IMG/VR virus record: IMGVR_UViG_3300043772_001024
Coordinates: 1 to 64,000 of that record
Source: a virus
Reading direction: 5' to 3' (one strand)
Length of the DNA stretch: 64,000 nucleotides
Part shown: positions 18,431 through 27,444 of the stretch, piece by piece
Layout: every line of letters begins with the position of its first letter
Numbering within the stretch: the first letter of the stretch is position 1
Translations under genes and position numbers: made by a program
The notes under the pieces: generated by a model
Databases searched by the model: none
Seen by the model: only the letters and a program-made list of their open reading frames with translations
Told to the model about the DNA's origin: nothing

Positions 18431-18838
18431 ATGGAAAAACAATTAACTAAAGTAAAAAAGTTTCATGAAGCTTTTGAACAAGAAAATGGAACATGGCCAC
18501 AAAATTTAGGACCAGATGAAGCAGTACTAAGACATAAACTAATGGCTGAAGAAAATGATGAGTATCTTGATGCATGTGACAAAAACTCATTAGTAGAAAT
18601 AGCAGATGCTTTGGGAGACCAGTTATATATCTTATGTGGAACTATTCTTAAACATGGTATGCAAAATATTATAGAAGAAGTATTTGATGAAATACATGCT
18701 AGTAACATGAGTAAACTAGGTGAGGATGGAAAACCTATACTTAGAGAGGATAATAAAATATTAAAGGGTCCTGGGTATTTTAGACCAGATTTAAGTAAGT
18801 TTATTAAAGTTGAAAAAGATGCATCCAATAACATTTAG
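18431..18838 (+). CDS. MazG-like (PRA-PH family) nucleoside-triphosphate pyrophosphohydrolase
   Basis: EENDEY, EIADALGD, EIHASNMSK and KILKGPGY. Confidence 0.88.
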   Translation: MEKQLTKVKKFHEAFEQENGTWPQNLGPDEAVLRHKLMAEENDEYLDACDKNSLVEIADALGDQLYILCGTILKHGMQNIIEEVFDEIHASNMSKLGEDGKPILREDNKILKGPGYFRPDLSKFIKVEKDASNNI

Positions 18839-18989
18839 GAAAGCAATGATTGAGGCCTACATGGCTGGAGCTGAGGCAATGGCTTCAGGAGATATTGATG
18901 AACCTAACAAAAAGGATGCTAGGGATTGGTTTGATAATGAGTACGGACAACTAGAGTCAGAAGACTGTGACTGTTGTGAAGAAGAATAA
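18819..18989 (+). CDS. Small acidic protein (56 aa) ending CDCCEEE; not in the ORF track
   Basis: MHPITFRKAMIEAYMAGAEAMASGDIDEPNKKDARDWFDNEYGQLESEDCDCCEEE; fills the gap up to the terminator. Confidence 0.6.
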   Translation: MHPITFRKAMIEAYMAGAEAMASGDIDEPNKKDARDWFDNEYGQLESEDCDCCEEE

Positions 18990-18991
18990 AT

Positions 18992-19022
18992 GGGAGAGCC
19001 TTCGGGTTCTTCCTTTTTTTTT
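18992..19022 (+). terminator. Intrinsic terminator at the convergence of the two genome arms
   Basis: GGGAGAGCC-TTCG-GGTTCTTCC plus a T-run; cUUCGg tetraloop. Confidence 0.85.
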
Positions 19023-19161
19023 ACCTGCCCTGTGCTCTATAAGCTTTCTTGTAGTTCTTTGACTTCTTAGATCTAGAAGTCTTGGTCTTACTGTGAACAC
19101 CAGGTCTAGATACTTTTGGCTTAATGTAAGCCTTGATTGTTGTTGTTGCTGACTTTGCCAT
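19021..19161 (-). CDS. Small highly basic protein (46 aa); not in the ORF track
   Basis: MAKSATTTIKAYIKPKVSRPGVHSKTKTSRSKKSKNYKKAYRAQGR; ATG 6 nt after the stop of the giant ORF; ends at the terminator. Confidence 0.8.
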   Translation of the reverse strand: MAKSATTTIKAYIKPKVSRPGVHSKTKTSRSKKSKNYKKAYRAQGR

Positions 19162-19167
19162 TGTTTA

Positions 19168-22100
19168 TTATTTAGTTGCTTCAAATTGTTCAAATTTCTT
19201 AACTGACCACATAGGATCTTTATTTTTACCTTTAACACCATACATACTTCCTATATGATTCCATAGTTTGTATTTTCCTTTTTTCTGCCATGCATAAGGA
19301 CCCTGATCTTGTTTAGAGTATATTGCATCTGGATTATCAGTAGCAATGTTCCAAAGGTCAAACATTATTCTTATATACATTTGGATTGTATTGGTAGTTG
19401 CAATTGTTGTTGTAGAAAAATATGATATCTGATCCTTGATTCCTAATAAAGGTAAGAAAGCTTCATTTTCAGATTTAGTTGTCATTAATAAATACATAAG
19501 ATGATTACCAAAATAACCTGACCAGGTTTTATTATCCCTTTTCATTTGTTTATATCTATCTGGATCTTCTGGATCCCAATCAAATCCCCATGAACCTACA
19601 ATCATTGCTAATAAGAATAATAAAACACCTTCAGCTAATAACCTTGTCATAGCTACTTTCTCTTGTGGAGTAAGAATAGCCCAATCTCTACCTATACTTT
19701 TTATTAATTTATAAATAGATTGAAATGCTTGCATGTAATATCCTTTTTCAAGAGTTTGAGTATCCCAGTTATATACATAACCTCCTCTATTTCCTGCAGT
19801 TGTATCAATTTGATACTTATCCAAGAACATTCCTGTAGCAAATCTTTTATAGAAAGTAAATGCTCTATAGAATAAATACTTCTCAGCTTGTGGTGTATCA
19901 AATTTATCTAATGAACCAGTTACTTTTTTGTTTACACCTTGAACTAAAAGTTTCATTTTTTTAAATTCAGAAGCATCTCCTACTTTAATTTCTTCACCTG
20001 GTATTAAGTCTGCTACAGATTCTATATCAGCTCTATACTTGAGTGCTTCTACAGATATATTGTATTTTTTTGCAATGCTATCTAATGTTTCTCCGGCTGT
20101 GTATCTATGAAATACTTCATCAAATGAAAAGTTAGGATCAATGCCTTCTTTTAATACTAATCTACCTTCTGCATCAGATGTCCATGCATCAGCATATGGA
20201 ATTGATTCACCATTCTGATCTACATATTTATTATACATAACTCCCCAGAACAACTCCATAGAAGCTTCAAATTCCATAGTTCTTCTGAAATCAAATGCAT
20301 AAGTCATATCTGATAAATCTTTAGCAATTGATCTTGAAGCAGATTTACCAAATTCAGATTCAGTTCTTAATGATGGGTCAAATCTTTCAACCAATTGAAT
20401 GTCAGGTGTTTTAATACCTTTTTCATAAACATCTTTAAATACCCAATATGTTGCAGTTTGTTTTGCTTTTAGTTTACCTTTAGCAAGTGATGTTGGTGTA
20501 ACAAATCTACCACCAGCAGCCATGATTGAGTTCTGATATAACTGTCCCCAACGGTTTTTAATAGCAGACTGTGGATCAAAAGCAATAAATGCTCTGGATG
20601 ATCTTCTAAACATTCCTTGGAAAATCTTTGCTATGCGCGGGTTCTCTTCCTCAAATGCTGTTGTAGACTTTCCATAAAAGACTTTATCTATTAAATATTT
20701 TACAGCTTTCTCTCTCTTGTTTTCTTCTTTTGAAATATATTTCTTTTTACCTGTAAGCTTAAACTCACCTTTGTCTAATTTTTCAAGATCTTTAATTGGG
20801 TTATTTGAAAGAACACTCAATAATGCATCTGCTACAGGTTCATTTTCCATAAGTATTTGTTGCTCATTTAGAGATAACAAGTACTCATACATACTTCTTA
20901 ATACATCTTTAGAAACCATTTTAGAATCTAAGTTATATGTACCTCTTACTGGAATTTTTGTAACTGGATTTCCTTCTAAATCTGTTGTAGTTAATGTGCT
21001 ACCAGCATCAAAGTTAAATCCATATTCAACATCATCAGGAGCTTTACCAAACCATGATTTATACAAACCTTTGATTCCACCTACTTTTTCTACAAGGTTT
21101 TCTTTAGTTTCACCAGACTGAATAAATTCAAGATTACTTCTTTTTCTAAATCTTGGAAGATCTAGATACAATCTACTGTTTACTGCTTTACCATCTTGGA
21201 GTTTTATAAACTCTTCAGATATGGTTTTAAGTAATTGGAACTCTGCATTATTTGCTTTTTCTAACTCAGCATACTTTTCATTCATGTATTTGTTATCATA
21301 TGCTGTGTTTCTATCTCCTGGCTTATACTCTCTTGGTAAATAGTTACCTCTATTATCTATATAAGTACCAACATATTGATCCCAGTTTGCTCCTCTAGGT
21401 ATGGTCAAGAATTCATTTTTAATTACACTCTTACTATACTTTCCAGCAGGAACACCCATATATTTTTGATACTCTCCTGTAGCTGGATTCATCAATACAG
21501 TTGTTTGGTAAGAATTTTCATTAGATGGTTTGGTTATTGTCCAAACATTTAATCTAAAGTTTTTATTAGTCATACCTGTTCCTTTGACATAAACCTGTTT
21601 TTCTACATGGTTTCTTGTATACCATTGAGCAAACTCTTTATCTTTTGCTAAAGCTTGAGTTAAGTAATCTGAGTTAATCCAAGTATCTGCATTATCTGCA
21701 GTAATTTCTGGAAGACCTGTGTTTCTTATTGCATAATTAAATGCTTCAATATAGTAATCTGTAGGTTCTTTAACACTCAATGCTGCTAACTCTGCAAACT
21801 TTCTATTTAATGTTTGCATCTCAAGTTCAGTAAGACCCATATCATTCTTAGTCTTATAAAGAGTTAAGAAATCTTGGTTTTCTTCTGGAGATAACTGAAC
21901 TTTTGCGGAAACTTTAGTCATGTAAATATTCAGCCTGGCAGTTTCTTCTTGAGTAAGCCCAGTCTTTTTATTATAACTAGCCTCTAATGCAAGTATCTTA
22001 TTCTCTATATCTCTTAGTAAATCAATTTGACTTGCTGTAAAGTTAAGACCATTTGGTTGTCCATTAGCATCTGCAGTTGAGTTTGCTAGTCTATATCTCT

Positions 22101-25100
22101 CTTTATACAACTCAGATAATTCTAAAGCTACCTTAGATTTTACTCCGGCTTTTTCAGTTATCTTTCTGATGTCTTCAAAGATCTGTTGTCTAGATTGATA
22201 GTATTGAGATGTATAGGCTGTCTTAAGATTTTTTCTAAAGAACCTGTCCATTTCTTTTTGATACCGGTTCATTGTTTCACCTTCTTCTGGTAAAGCTTCC
22301 GGGTCAATATTTCTAGCTTTTAATTTAGCAGCAAAATTATCTAAGTCTTTTTGTAATCTATCTGTATCTGCAGAATAGTCATACATGTTTCTTGTTTGCT
22401 CTCTGTGTTTTTTTCTAAGCAACACTCTCTGAAGCTCTTCACCAGTTTTTGGTTTGCCATCAAGATTATAGATATCAAACAGTCTGTTATATTCTAACTT
22501 AGCTTGTTCTTCTGAGTCACCCAATTCATACAAATCTTCTAATTCTAAGAAGTGTACATTCTTAAGAGTACTCATCTTGTTTAACTGCTCTTGTCTCTCT
22601 AAAAATGAATCAAAAGCAACTTTAGGAGTAACAGTAATTTCTTCTCCTGTAAAAGGATTGACTACTTTGGCTCCTGTTTTCCAGATCTTTTGTATATCAT
22701 AGTATTCTTTAGTGAACTTTCTATGCATGTATTTCTCATCAAAAATCTCAAGTGCTTCATAAGCCTCTTTCATTTTAGCTTGATCTTTTTTAGATTTAGC
22801 TAAGTCAAAATCATTTTGTAAACGGGCTCTGTCAGCTCTATAGTTTTTAAACTTATTTAAAAAGGTGAGTACATCCTTCTCTTCATAGACACCATCACTA
22901 TTTGTAAAACCTACTTTATCAGTAAACAATAACATGTCTCCTAACTGATTAGTTTTTCTAGGATTGTAACCAACAGCATTAAGTAAAGGTAGAAGTTTTA
23001 GTGTTATATCATTTGCCTGATTCTGACTTCTCATCATTGCATCATTCATTTTTTCTTTAATGAACTTTACAAATCCACCAGTAATTGGGTCATCCATATT
23101 AGAATAAGGAGTAATCCAAGCAGTAAAAAATCCTAAGTCACCTCTTTCTCCTCTTAAATATTCTTCAATTTGTTGTCTACCAAGTCTTTTGAAGAAGTAT
23201 TCTTTTGCTGCATCTACAACATACTTAGCTCTTCTAGAAGATATAGGAAGTTCTATGTCTTTAACAGTCATAGATGTGCCATCAGGATTGCTGATTACTT
23301 TATCAATAAACTTTTCAATGTCAGCTTCTGGAATTCCTTCTGCTTTTAATAGAAGAGTAACTCTTTCTCTGAAGTTATTTTCAACAGCACTTGCCATTAA
23401 ATCAGTTTCATTATTGAAAAACTCACTAATGAAGTTAAACTCAATGTTATATATCTTTTTCTCTGCATCTTTAATGTTATCTGCAATAGAGTTTATCTTT
23501 CTAAAGAACTCACCATCTCTATCTAACTCAGGTATGCTTTTCAAATCCTCAAGCATTCTCATTTGACTATTTAAAAAACCTTTGTAATACACCACTTTAG
23601 ATATATTAGCATTGGTATTTTTATCTTTAGACTTTTCTAATTCTTCAAGTATATTTTTTATACTATCAGTAAATACTTTAAGCTCATTAAGTGAGTTGAT
23701 AAGTGCTAATGATCTTAACTTCATTTCTGTCTCATGATCAGCAATGGCTTTAATAACATTTTCCGCATCTACATCTTGTGGTCTTACATTTACAGTTTGA
23801 TATTTTTCCAACTCCTCTCTAATATAACCAAGTATTTTAGTACCTTTTGCACCTAACAATTCTTGTTTCACTTTAAATGGTGCTTGCTTAAGTGTGTTAA
23901 GTTGATTCAGTGTATCAGTATATACTCTATCTATAGTTTCTTGAAGCTTTTCTTTAGGTACATTGTTAAGCTCTTCTATTTTTGCAGTAATCTCATTTTT
24001 AAATTCTGCAATATCAGAAGGTATAAGTTCCATATCCATTATTGTAAATTCTGGATTAGACAACATACCTGCTAGCTCATCAAGTGTAGTATTCTCACTT
24101 AACTTATTTAGATTTATTGCATTACCATTTTTGGTATTGAACATATTTCTCAATACTTTCTTAATGGCAAACATTAAGTTTTTAATGAACTTACCAAAAG
24201 GAGAGTTATCATTTACTTTAGATACTGCTTTTATCTCTAATGAAGTTACTATAGCTTCTTCTTTAAATCTATCTGTACCCTCCTGAAGATTTGGATACTC
24301 TTGTCTTACTCTTTCAATTATATCTTGTCCTTCTGGTGTGCTTGCAAGTGCTGCATATAGATTATTGAATAGTTTTGGGTTTTGTTTTAATATACCTTTG
24401 ACTAATGGATGTGCAAACTCATGTAGCACAGTATCTAAAGACAATCTACCTTTTACTAAGTATACTGTATTAGCATGATAAAATCCAGATTGACCACCAT
24501 ATGGTGTTGGTGAATTAGCCAAAATAGCTTCAGCCTCTGCTTCAGATACAAATTTATAATCTGCTCCAATTGCATCAGCTAATTTTTCAGCAAATGCTGT
24601 AGCTGTTAAAATTATTTTTTGATTATCTGGATCAAGTTGGTTCAAGTTATCATCAACAGAAGCTTCTTCTGTATCCATTTGTCTCTGAGACTCAATTCTT
24701 CTATCTAACTCAGTATCTATAGCTTGCTGGCTATATTCTCCTGGTACATTTTGTATCTGTTCATCAAATGAACCTTCTATAGTCTGATTAAAAATACCAG
24801 ATGCTTGTGCAGCTAGTTCACGGCTTCTTTCTGCAGATATACCAATTTTACCGGTCTGTAAATCTACACCCTGTAAGAATGCATCAGTAAGTATATTAGT
24901 TAGTTCTTGTTTATCTTTGGTAGATAAGTTATCAAATAAACTCATTACCCATTCTGTAAACTTTTTCCACCAGCCCCAAGCTTCACCTTTTTGAGCAACA
25001 GCTTGTTCTCCAATAGATTGTACTAAAGCTTCCTCACTACCCCATTTGCTTATAGCTTCTTGCACTAATGGAGTATTTCTAAACCATGCAATATAGTGAT

Positions 25101-27444
25101 GAGCATATTCATGAGGAAGTGTATCTTCTTTTTGATTTACTGCATCAAGAAGTACAGACATAGCTTTTATATTAGCTTGTCCTATAATTCTGTCAGCCTC
25201 GTTTCTTTGGAGTAATATATTTTGTAAGTCTCTTACTTGATTTACAGTAACTTGATTCCACTGATTACCATACTCATCAGTAATTACTTCCGGAGTATAA
25301 CCTTGTTTTTTAAGAACATTAGATACTGTACTCTCATAAAAGTTATAAATAGGTTTAAGAGCACCAAATCCTTGAGGGCCTTCTACATTTGCAAGTTCTT
25401 GTTTAAGTTGAGCTATTTCATTATTAATAGTAATTAAATTATTTTTAGTTGCATATATTTCACCGTCTTCAGGATCTACATCAATGACATAGTCAGTTGG
25501 TTTATTACTTTCTATATCTTTTTTTGCTTTTTCAAGTACATCAAGTCTATTTTGCTTCTGTTGTTTATACTCTTCTAATGTTGTATGCCCTTCTATCTTA
25601 CTAGCTGTATCACCTTTAGGAAACAATACTTTTTCATAACCTTTCTTAGCACTATCTTGTATGATAGATTTAACAAAGAAGTTTACCCAGTTATTATCTT
25701 TGTTTAGGAGTTGTAGAAATTGGTTTTTACTTTTCAAATCTACATCAGGAGTGTTAATATATTTTTTTTGGGCTTCTTCAAATTCTTTATAGTTAATACG
25801 TCTTCCATTTTCATAATACCTTGTAGTAGGTTCTGTTTGATTTTCATCTGGATAATACACATCTTCAACTCTACTTTCATAGACATTATCACCTAAAGTA
25901 AATTCATATTCTTCAGCATCAAAAATTTTACGTGTAGTTGTTAAGTCTTCTCTATCTCTACCTTTCTGAAATAAATCAGATTGTACTTCTAGTATTCTAC
26001 GGGTTTTAGTAGGTGTGCCTCCTACTGTATTATATTTTATTTGTTCTCCTTCTAACCAATTACCATTTTCGTCAAATCCAGTTTGTTCTTCTAAAGGAGC
26101 TCTTTCATAAGTTGGATTTAATACATGATCATCACTTCTAAACCAACCTATACCATTTTTTGTAGCAAACTGAGCATGTCCTTTAATATTAGGTACTATA
26201 CCAGGGGTAGTTATCTCTTGTTCTGTATAGTTAGTTCCTCCTGGAACTGTTAGGTTTGAGTAGTATTTAGCATTTTGTTCTAACACCTTAGTATTATATT
26301 CTTCTTGAGATATAATGTTTCCATTTTTATAATGAATATACTCAAATTCAGGTGTAACACTTCTTTGATAAACATCATCACCTATTTTGTAACCATCTGC
26401 TTCTGAAGGTAGTTGTTGTAAATTAACTTTTGATTTAGCAGTATTAATCTCAACAGTATAAGTATAAGTATCAGCAATAGCATAAGCTATTTGAGCATTA
26501 AAAGGTATACCTTCAAAGTAAGGCATATCTTTTAGTACATTATCAATAAGTTCTTTTTGTTGTTTAGGCACTTGAAGTTCTGTAAGTATTTTATCTAAAG
26601 GCCATTTGTTCTTAAGACCTTTCTTGAATACTTCATCTGCTTTAGGAGAAGTGAGTATGTCCACTGTTTTGACACGGAAACTTACTTCATTATTATAATC
26701 CTGTTGGTTTAAAACATTTGATCCTTTCTCCCATAATGGAGTTTCACTTATATTAAGAGTGATTGCTGGATATAATTGCTGAAGTTTCTCTTTTAGTCTG
26801 CTAAATAAACCTGAGACAGCTTGAGGTGTAGTAAGCTCATCTCTTTCTTCATATAAATATTTGTCATCATAATCTAAACCAGCTCTTTCAGCATCTTCTT
26901 TTAATAACTCTCTGGCTTGTCTTTCATTCTCTAGTTGTTCATTATCTATCTCAAAGTCTTCTTCCGGTAGAAAGTGTTCATTATTCTCTATCATTTTCTC
27001 TAGGTCACTCACTTGAGTTACACTCTCTCTCACCATTGTTTTAGCTCTTTCTATCTTAGCTTCCACATCTAATGTTCCACTTACTTTTCTAAGACCCCAG
27101 GTGTATAAATCTGCTTCACCTACTCTATCATAGTTGACAAGCATATATACTTCCGGATTACCAGCTTTGTAGTTATTATTATTAGCTTTTGAAATAGCTT
27201 GTTTCAACTGTATAATTCTATCAGTGCTTAACAGTTTTGGAAAAGTTGTTCCAATTTCATTTTTTACTTTAGAAATAGGAATTATGTTAAGCTGTTCTTT
27301 GATTTCTTTATTGGCAATAAACTCATCATAAGTTGGTACATTGTCACCAAAATATGTATCAACCATCTGAGACACAGTAGTTTCACCAAAGTCTTTAACA
27401 AGTTTAGCAACATTTCTATCACTTAAATTCAAACACTTACTCAT
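19168..27444 (-). CDS. Giant virion/ejection protein (2758 aa): two zincin-like domains, EVQSD domain, LysM, C-terminal hydrophobic helix
   Basis: HEYAH (~25100), HEFAH (~24410), LysM-like segment 19981-20112; follows the RNAP gene as in crAss-like phages. Confidence 0.85.
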   Translation of the reverse strand: MSKCLNLSDRNVAKLVKDFGETTVSQMVDTYFGDNVPTYDEFIANKEIKEQLNIIPISKVKNEIGTTFPKLLSTDRIIQLKQAISKANNNNYKAGNPEVYMLVNYDRVGEADLYTWGLRKVSGTLDVEAKIERAKTMVRESVTQVSDLEKMIENNEHFLPEEDFEIDNEQLENERQARELLKEDAERAGLDYDDKYLYEERDELTTPQAVSGLFSRLKEKLQQLYPAITLNISETPLWEKGSNVLNQQDYNNEVSFRVKTVDILTSPKADEVFKKGLKNKWPLDKILTELQVPKQQKELIDNVLKDMPYFEGIPFNAQIAYAIADTYTYTVEINTAKSKVNLQQLPSEADGYKIGDDVYQRSVTPEFEYIHYKNGNIISQEEYNTKVLEQNAKYYSNLTVPGGTNYTEQEITTPGIVPNIKGHAQFATKNGIGWFRSDDHVLNPTYERAPLEEQTGFDENGNWLEGEQIKYNTVGGTPTKTRRILEVQSDLFQKGRDREDLTTTRKIFDAEEYEFTLGDNVYESRVEDVYYPDENQTEPTTRYYENGRRINYKEFEEAQKKYINTPDVDLKSKNQFLQLLNKDNNWVNFFVKSIIQDSAKKGYEKVLFPKGDTASKIEGHTTLEEYKQQKQNRLDVLEKAKKDIESNKPTDYVIDVDPEDGEIYATKNNLITINNEIAQLKQELANVEGPQGFGALKPIYNFYESTVSNVLKKQGYTPEVITDEYGNQWNQVTVNQVRDLQNILLQRNEADRIIGQANIKAMSVLLDAVNQKEDTLPHEYAHHYIAWFRNTPLVQEAISKWGSEEALVQSIGEQAVAQKGEAWGWWKKFTEWVMSLFDNLSTKDKQELTNILTDAFLQGVDLQTGKIGISAERSRELAAQASGIFNQTIEGSFDEQIQNVPGEYSQQAIDTELDRRIESQRQMDTEEASVDDNLNQLDPDNQKIILTATAFAEKLADAIGADYKFVSEAEAEAILANSPTPYGGQSGFYHANTVYLVKGRLSLDTVLHEFAHPLVKGILKQNPKLFNNLYAALASTPEGQDIIERVRQEYPNLQEGTDRFKEEAIVTSLEIKAVSKVNDNSPFGKFIKNLMFAIKKVLRNMFNTKNGNAINLNKLSENTTLDELAGMLSNPEFTIMDMELIPSDIAEFKNEITAKIEELNNVPKEKLQETIDRVYTDTLNQLNTLKQAPFKVKQELLGAKGTKILGYIREELEKYQTVNVRPQDVDAENVIKAIADHETEMKLRSLALINSLNELKVFTDSIKNILEELEKSKDKNTNANISKVVYYKGFLNSQMRMLEDLKSIPELDRDGEFFRKINSIADNIKDAEKKIYNIEFNFISEFFNNETDLMASAVENNFRERVTLLLKAEGIPEADIEKFIDKVISNPDGTSMTVKDIELPISSRRAKYVVDAAKEYFFKRLGRQQIEEYLRGERGDLGFFTAWITPYSNMDDPITGGFVKFIKEKMNDAMMRSQNQANDITLKLLPLLNAVGYNPRKTNQLGDMLLFTDKVGFTNSDGVYEEKDVLTFLNKFKNYRADRARLQNDFDLAKSKKDQAKMKEAYEALEIFDEKYMHRKFTKEYYDIQKIWKTGAKVVNPFTGEEITVTPKVAFDSFLERQEQLNKMSTLKNVHFLELEDLYELGDSEEQAKLEYNRLFDIYNLDGKPKTGEELQRVLLRKKHREQTRNMYDYSADTDRLQKDLDNFAAKLKARNIDPEALPEEGETMNRYQKEMDRFFRKNLKTAYTSQYYQSRQQIFEDIRKITEKAGVKSKVALELSELYKERYRLANSTADANGQPNGLNFTASQIDLLRDIENKILALEASYNKKTGLTQEETARLNIYMTKVSAKVQLSPEENQDFLTLYKTKNDMGLTELEMQTLNRKFAELAALSVKEPTDYYIEAFNYAIRNTGLPEITADNADTWINSDYLTQALAKDKEFAQWYTRNHVEKQVYVKGTGMTNKNFRLNVWTITKPSNENSYQTTVLMNPATGEYQKYMGVPAGKYSKSVIKNEFLTIPRGANWDQYVGTYIDNRGNYLPREYKPGDRNTAYDNKYMNEKYAELEKANNAEFQLLKTISEEFIKLQDGKAVNSRLYLDLPRFRKRSNLEFIQSGETKENLVEKVGGIKGLYKSWFGKAPDDVEYGFNFDAGSTLTTTDLEGNPVTKIPVRGTYNLDSKMVSKDVLRSMYEYLLSLNEQQILMENEPVADALLSVLSNNPIKDLEKLDKGEFKLTGKKKYISKEENKREKAVKYLIDKVFYGKSTTAFEEENPRIAKIFQGMFRRSSRAFIAFDPQSAIKNRWGQLYQNSIMAAGGRFVTPTSLAKGKLKAKQTATYWVFKDVYEKGIKTPDIQLVERFDPSLRTESEFGKSASRSIAKDLSDMTYAFDFRRTMEFEASMELFWGVMYNKYVDQNGESIPYADAWTSDAEGRLVLKEGIDPNFSFDEVFHRYTAGETLDSIAKKYNISVEALKYRADIESVADLIPGEEIKVGDASEFKKMKLLVQGVNKKVTGSLDKFDTPQAEKYLFYRAFTFYKRFATGMFLDKYQIDTTAGNRGGYVYNWDTQTLEKGYYMQAFQSIYKLIKSIGRDWAILTPQEKVAMTRLLAEGVLLFLLAMIVGSWGFDWDPEDPDRYKQMKRDNKTWSGYFGNHLMYLLMTTKSENEAFLPLLGIKDQISYFSTTTIATTNTIQMYIRIMFDLWNIATDNPDAIYSKQDQGPYAWQKKGKYKLWNHIGSMYGVKGKNKDPMWSVKKFEQFEATK

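Noticed and set aside
1316-18834. Short ORFs nested in or antisense to replication-arm genes (for example 1316-1498, 4017-4322, 9580-9894, 18463-18834)
   Set aside because: They overlap well-supported genes and have no independent evidence.
18957-19241. 94-aa - strand ORF in the track
   Set aside because: It overlaps the giant gene and crosses the terminator; the 46-aa ORF at 19021-19161 in another frame fits the gap exactly.
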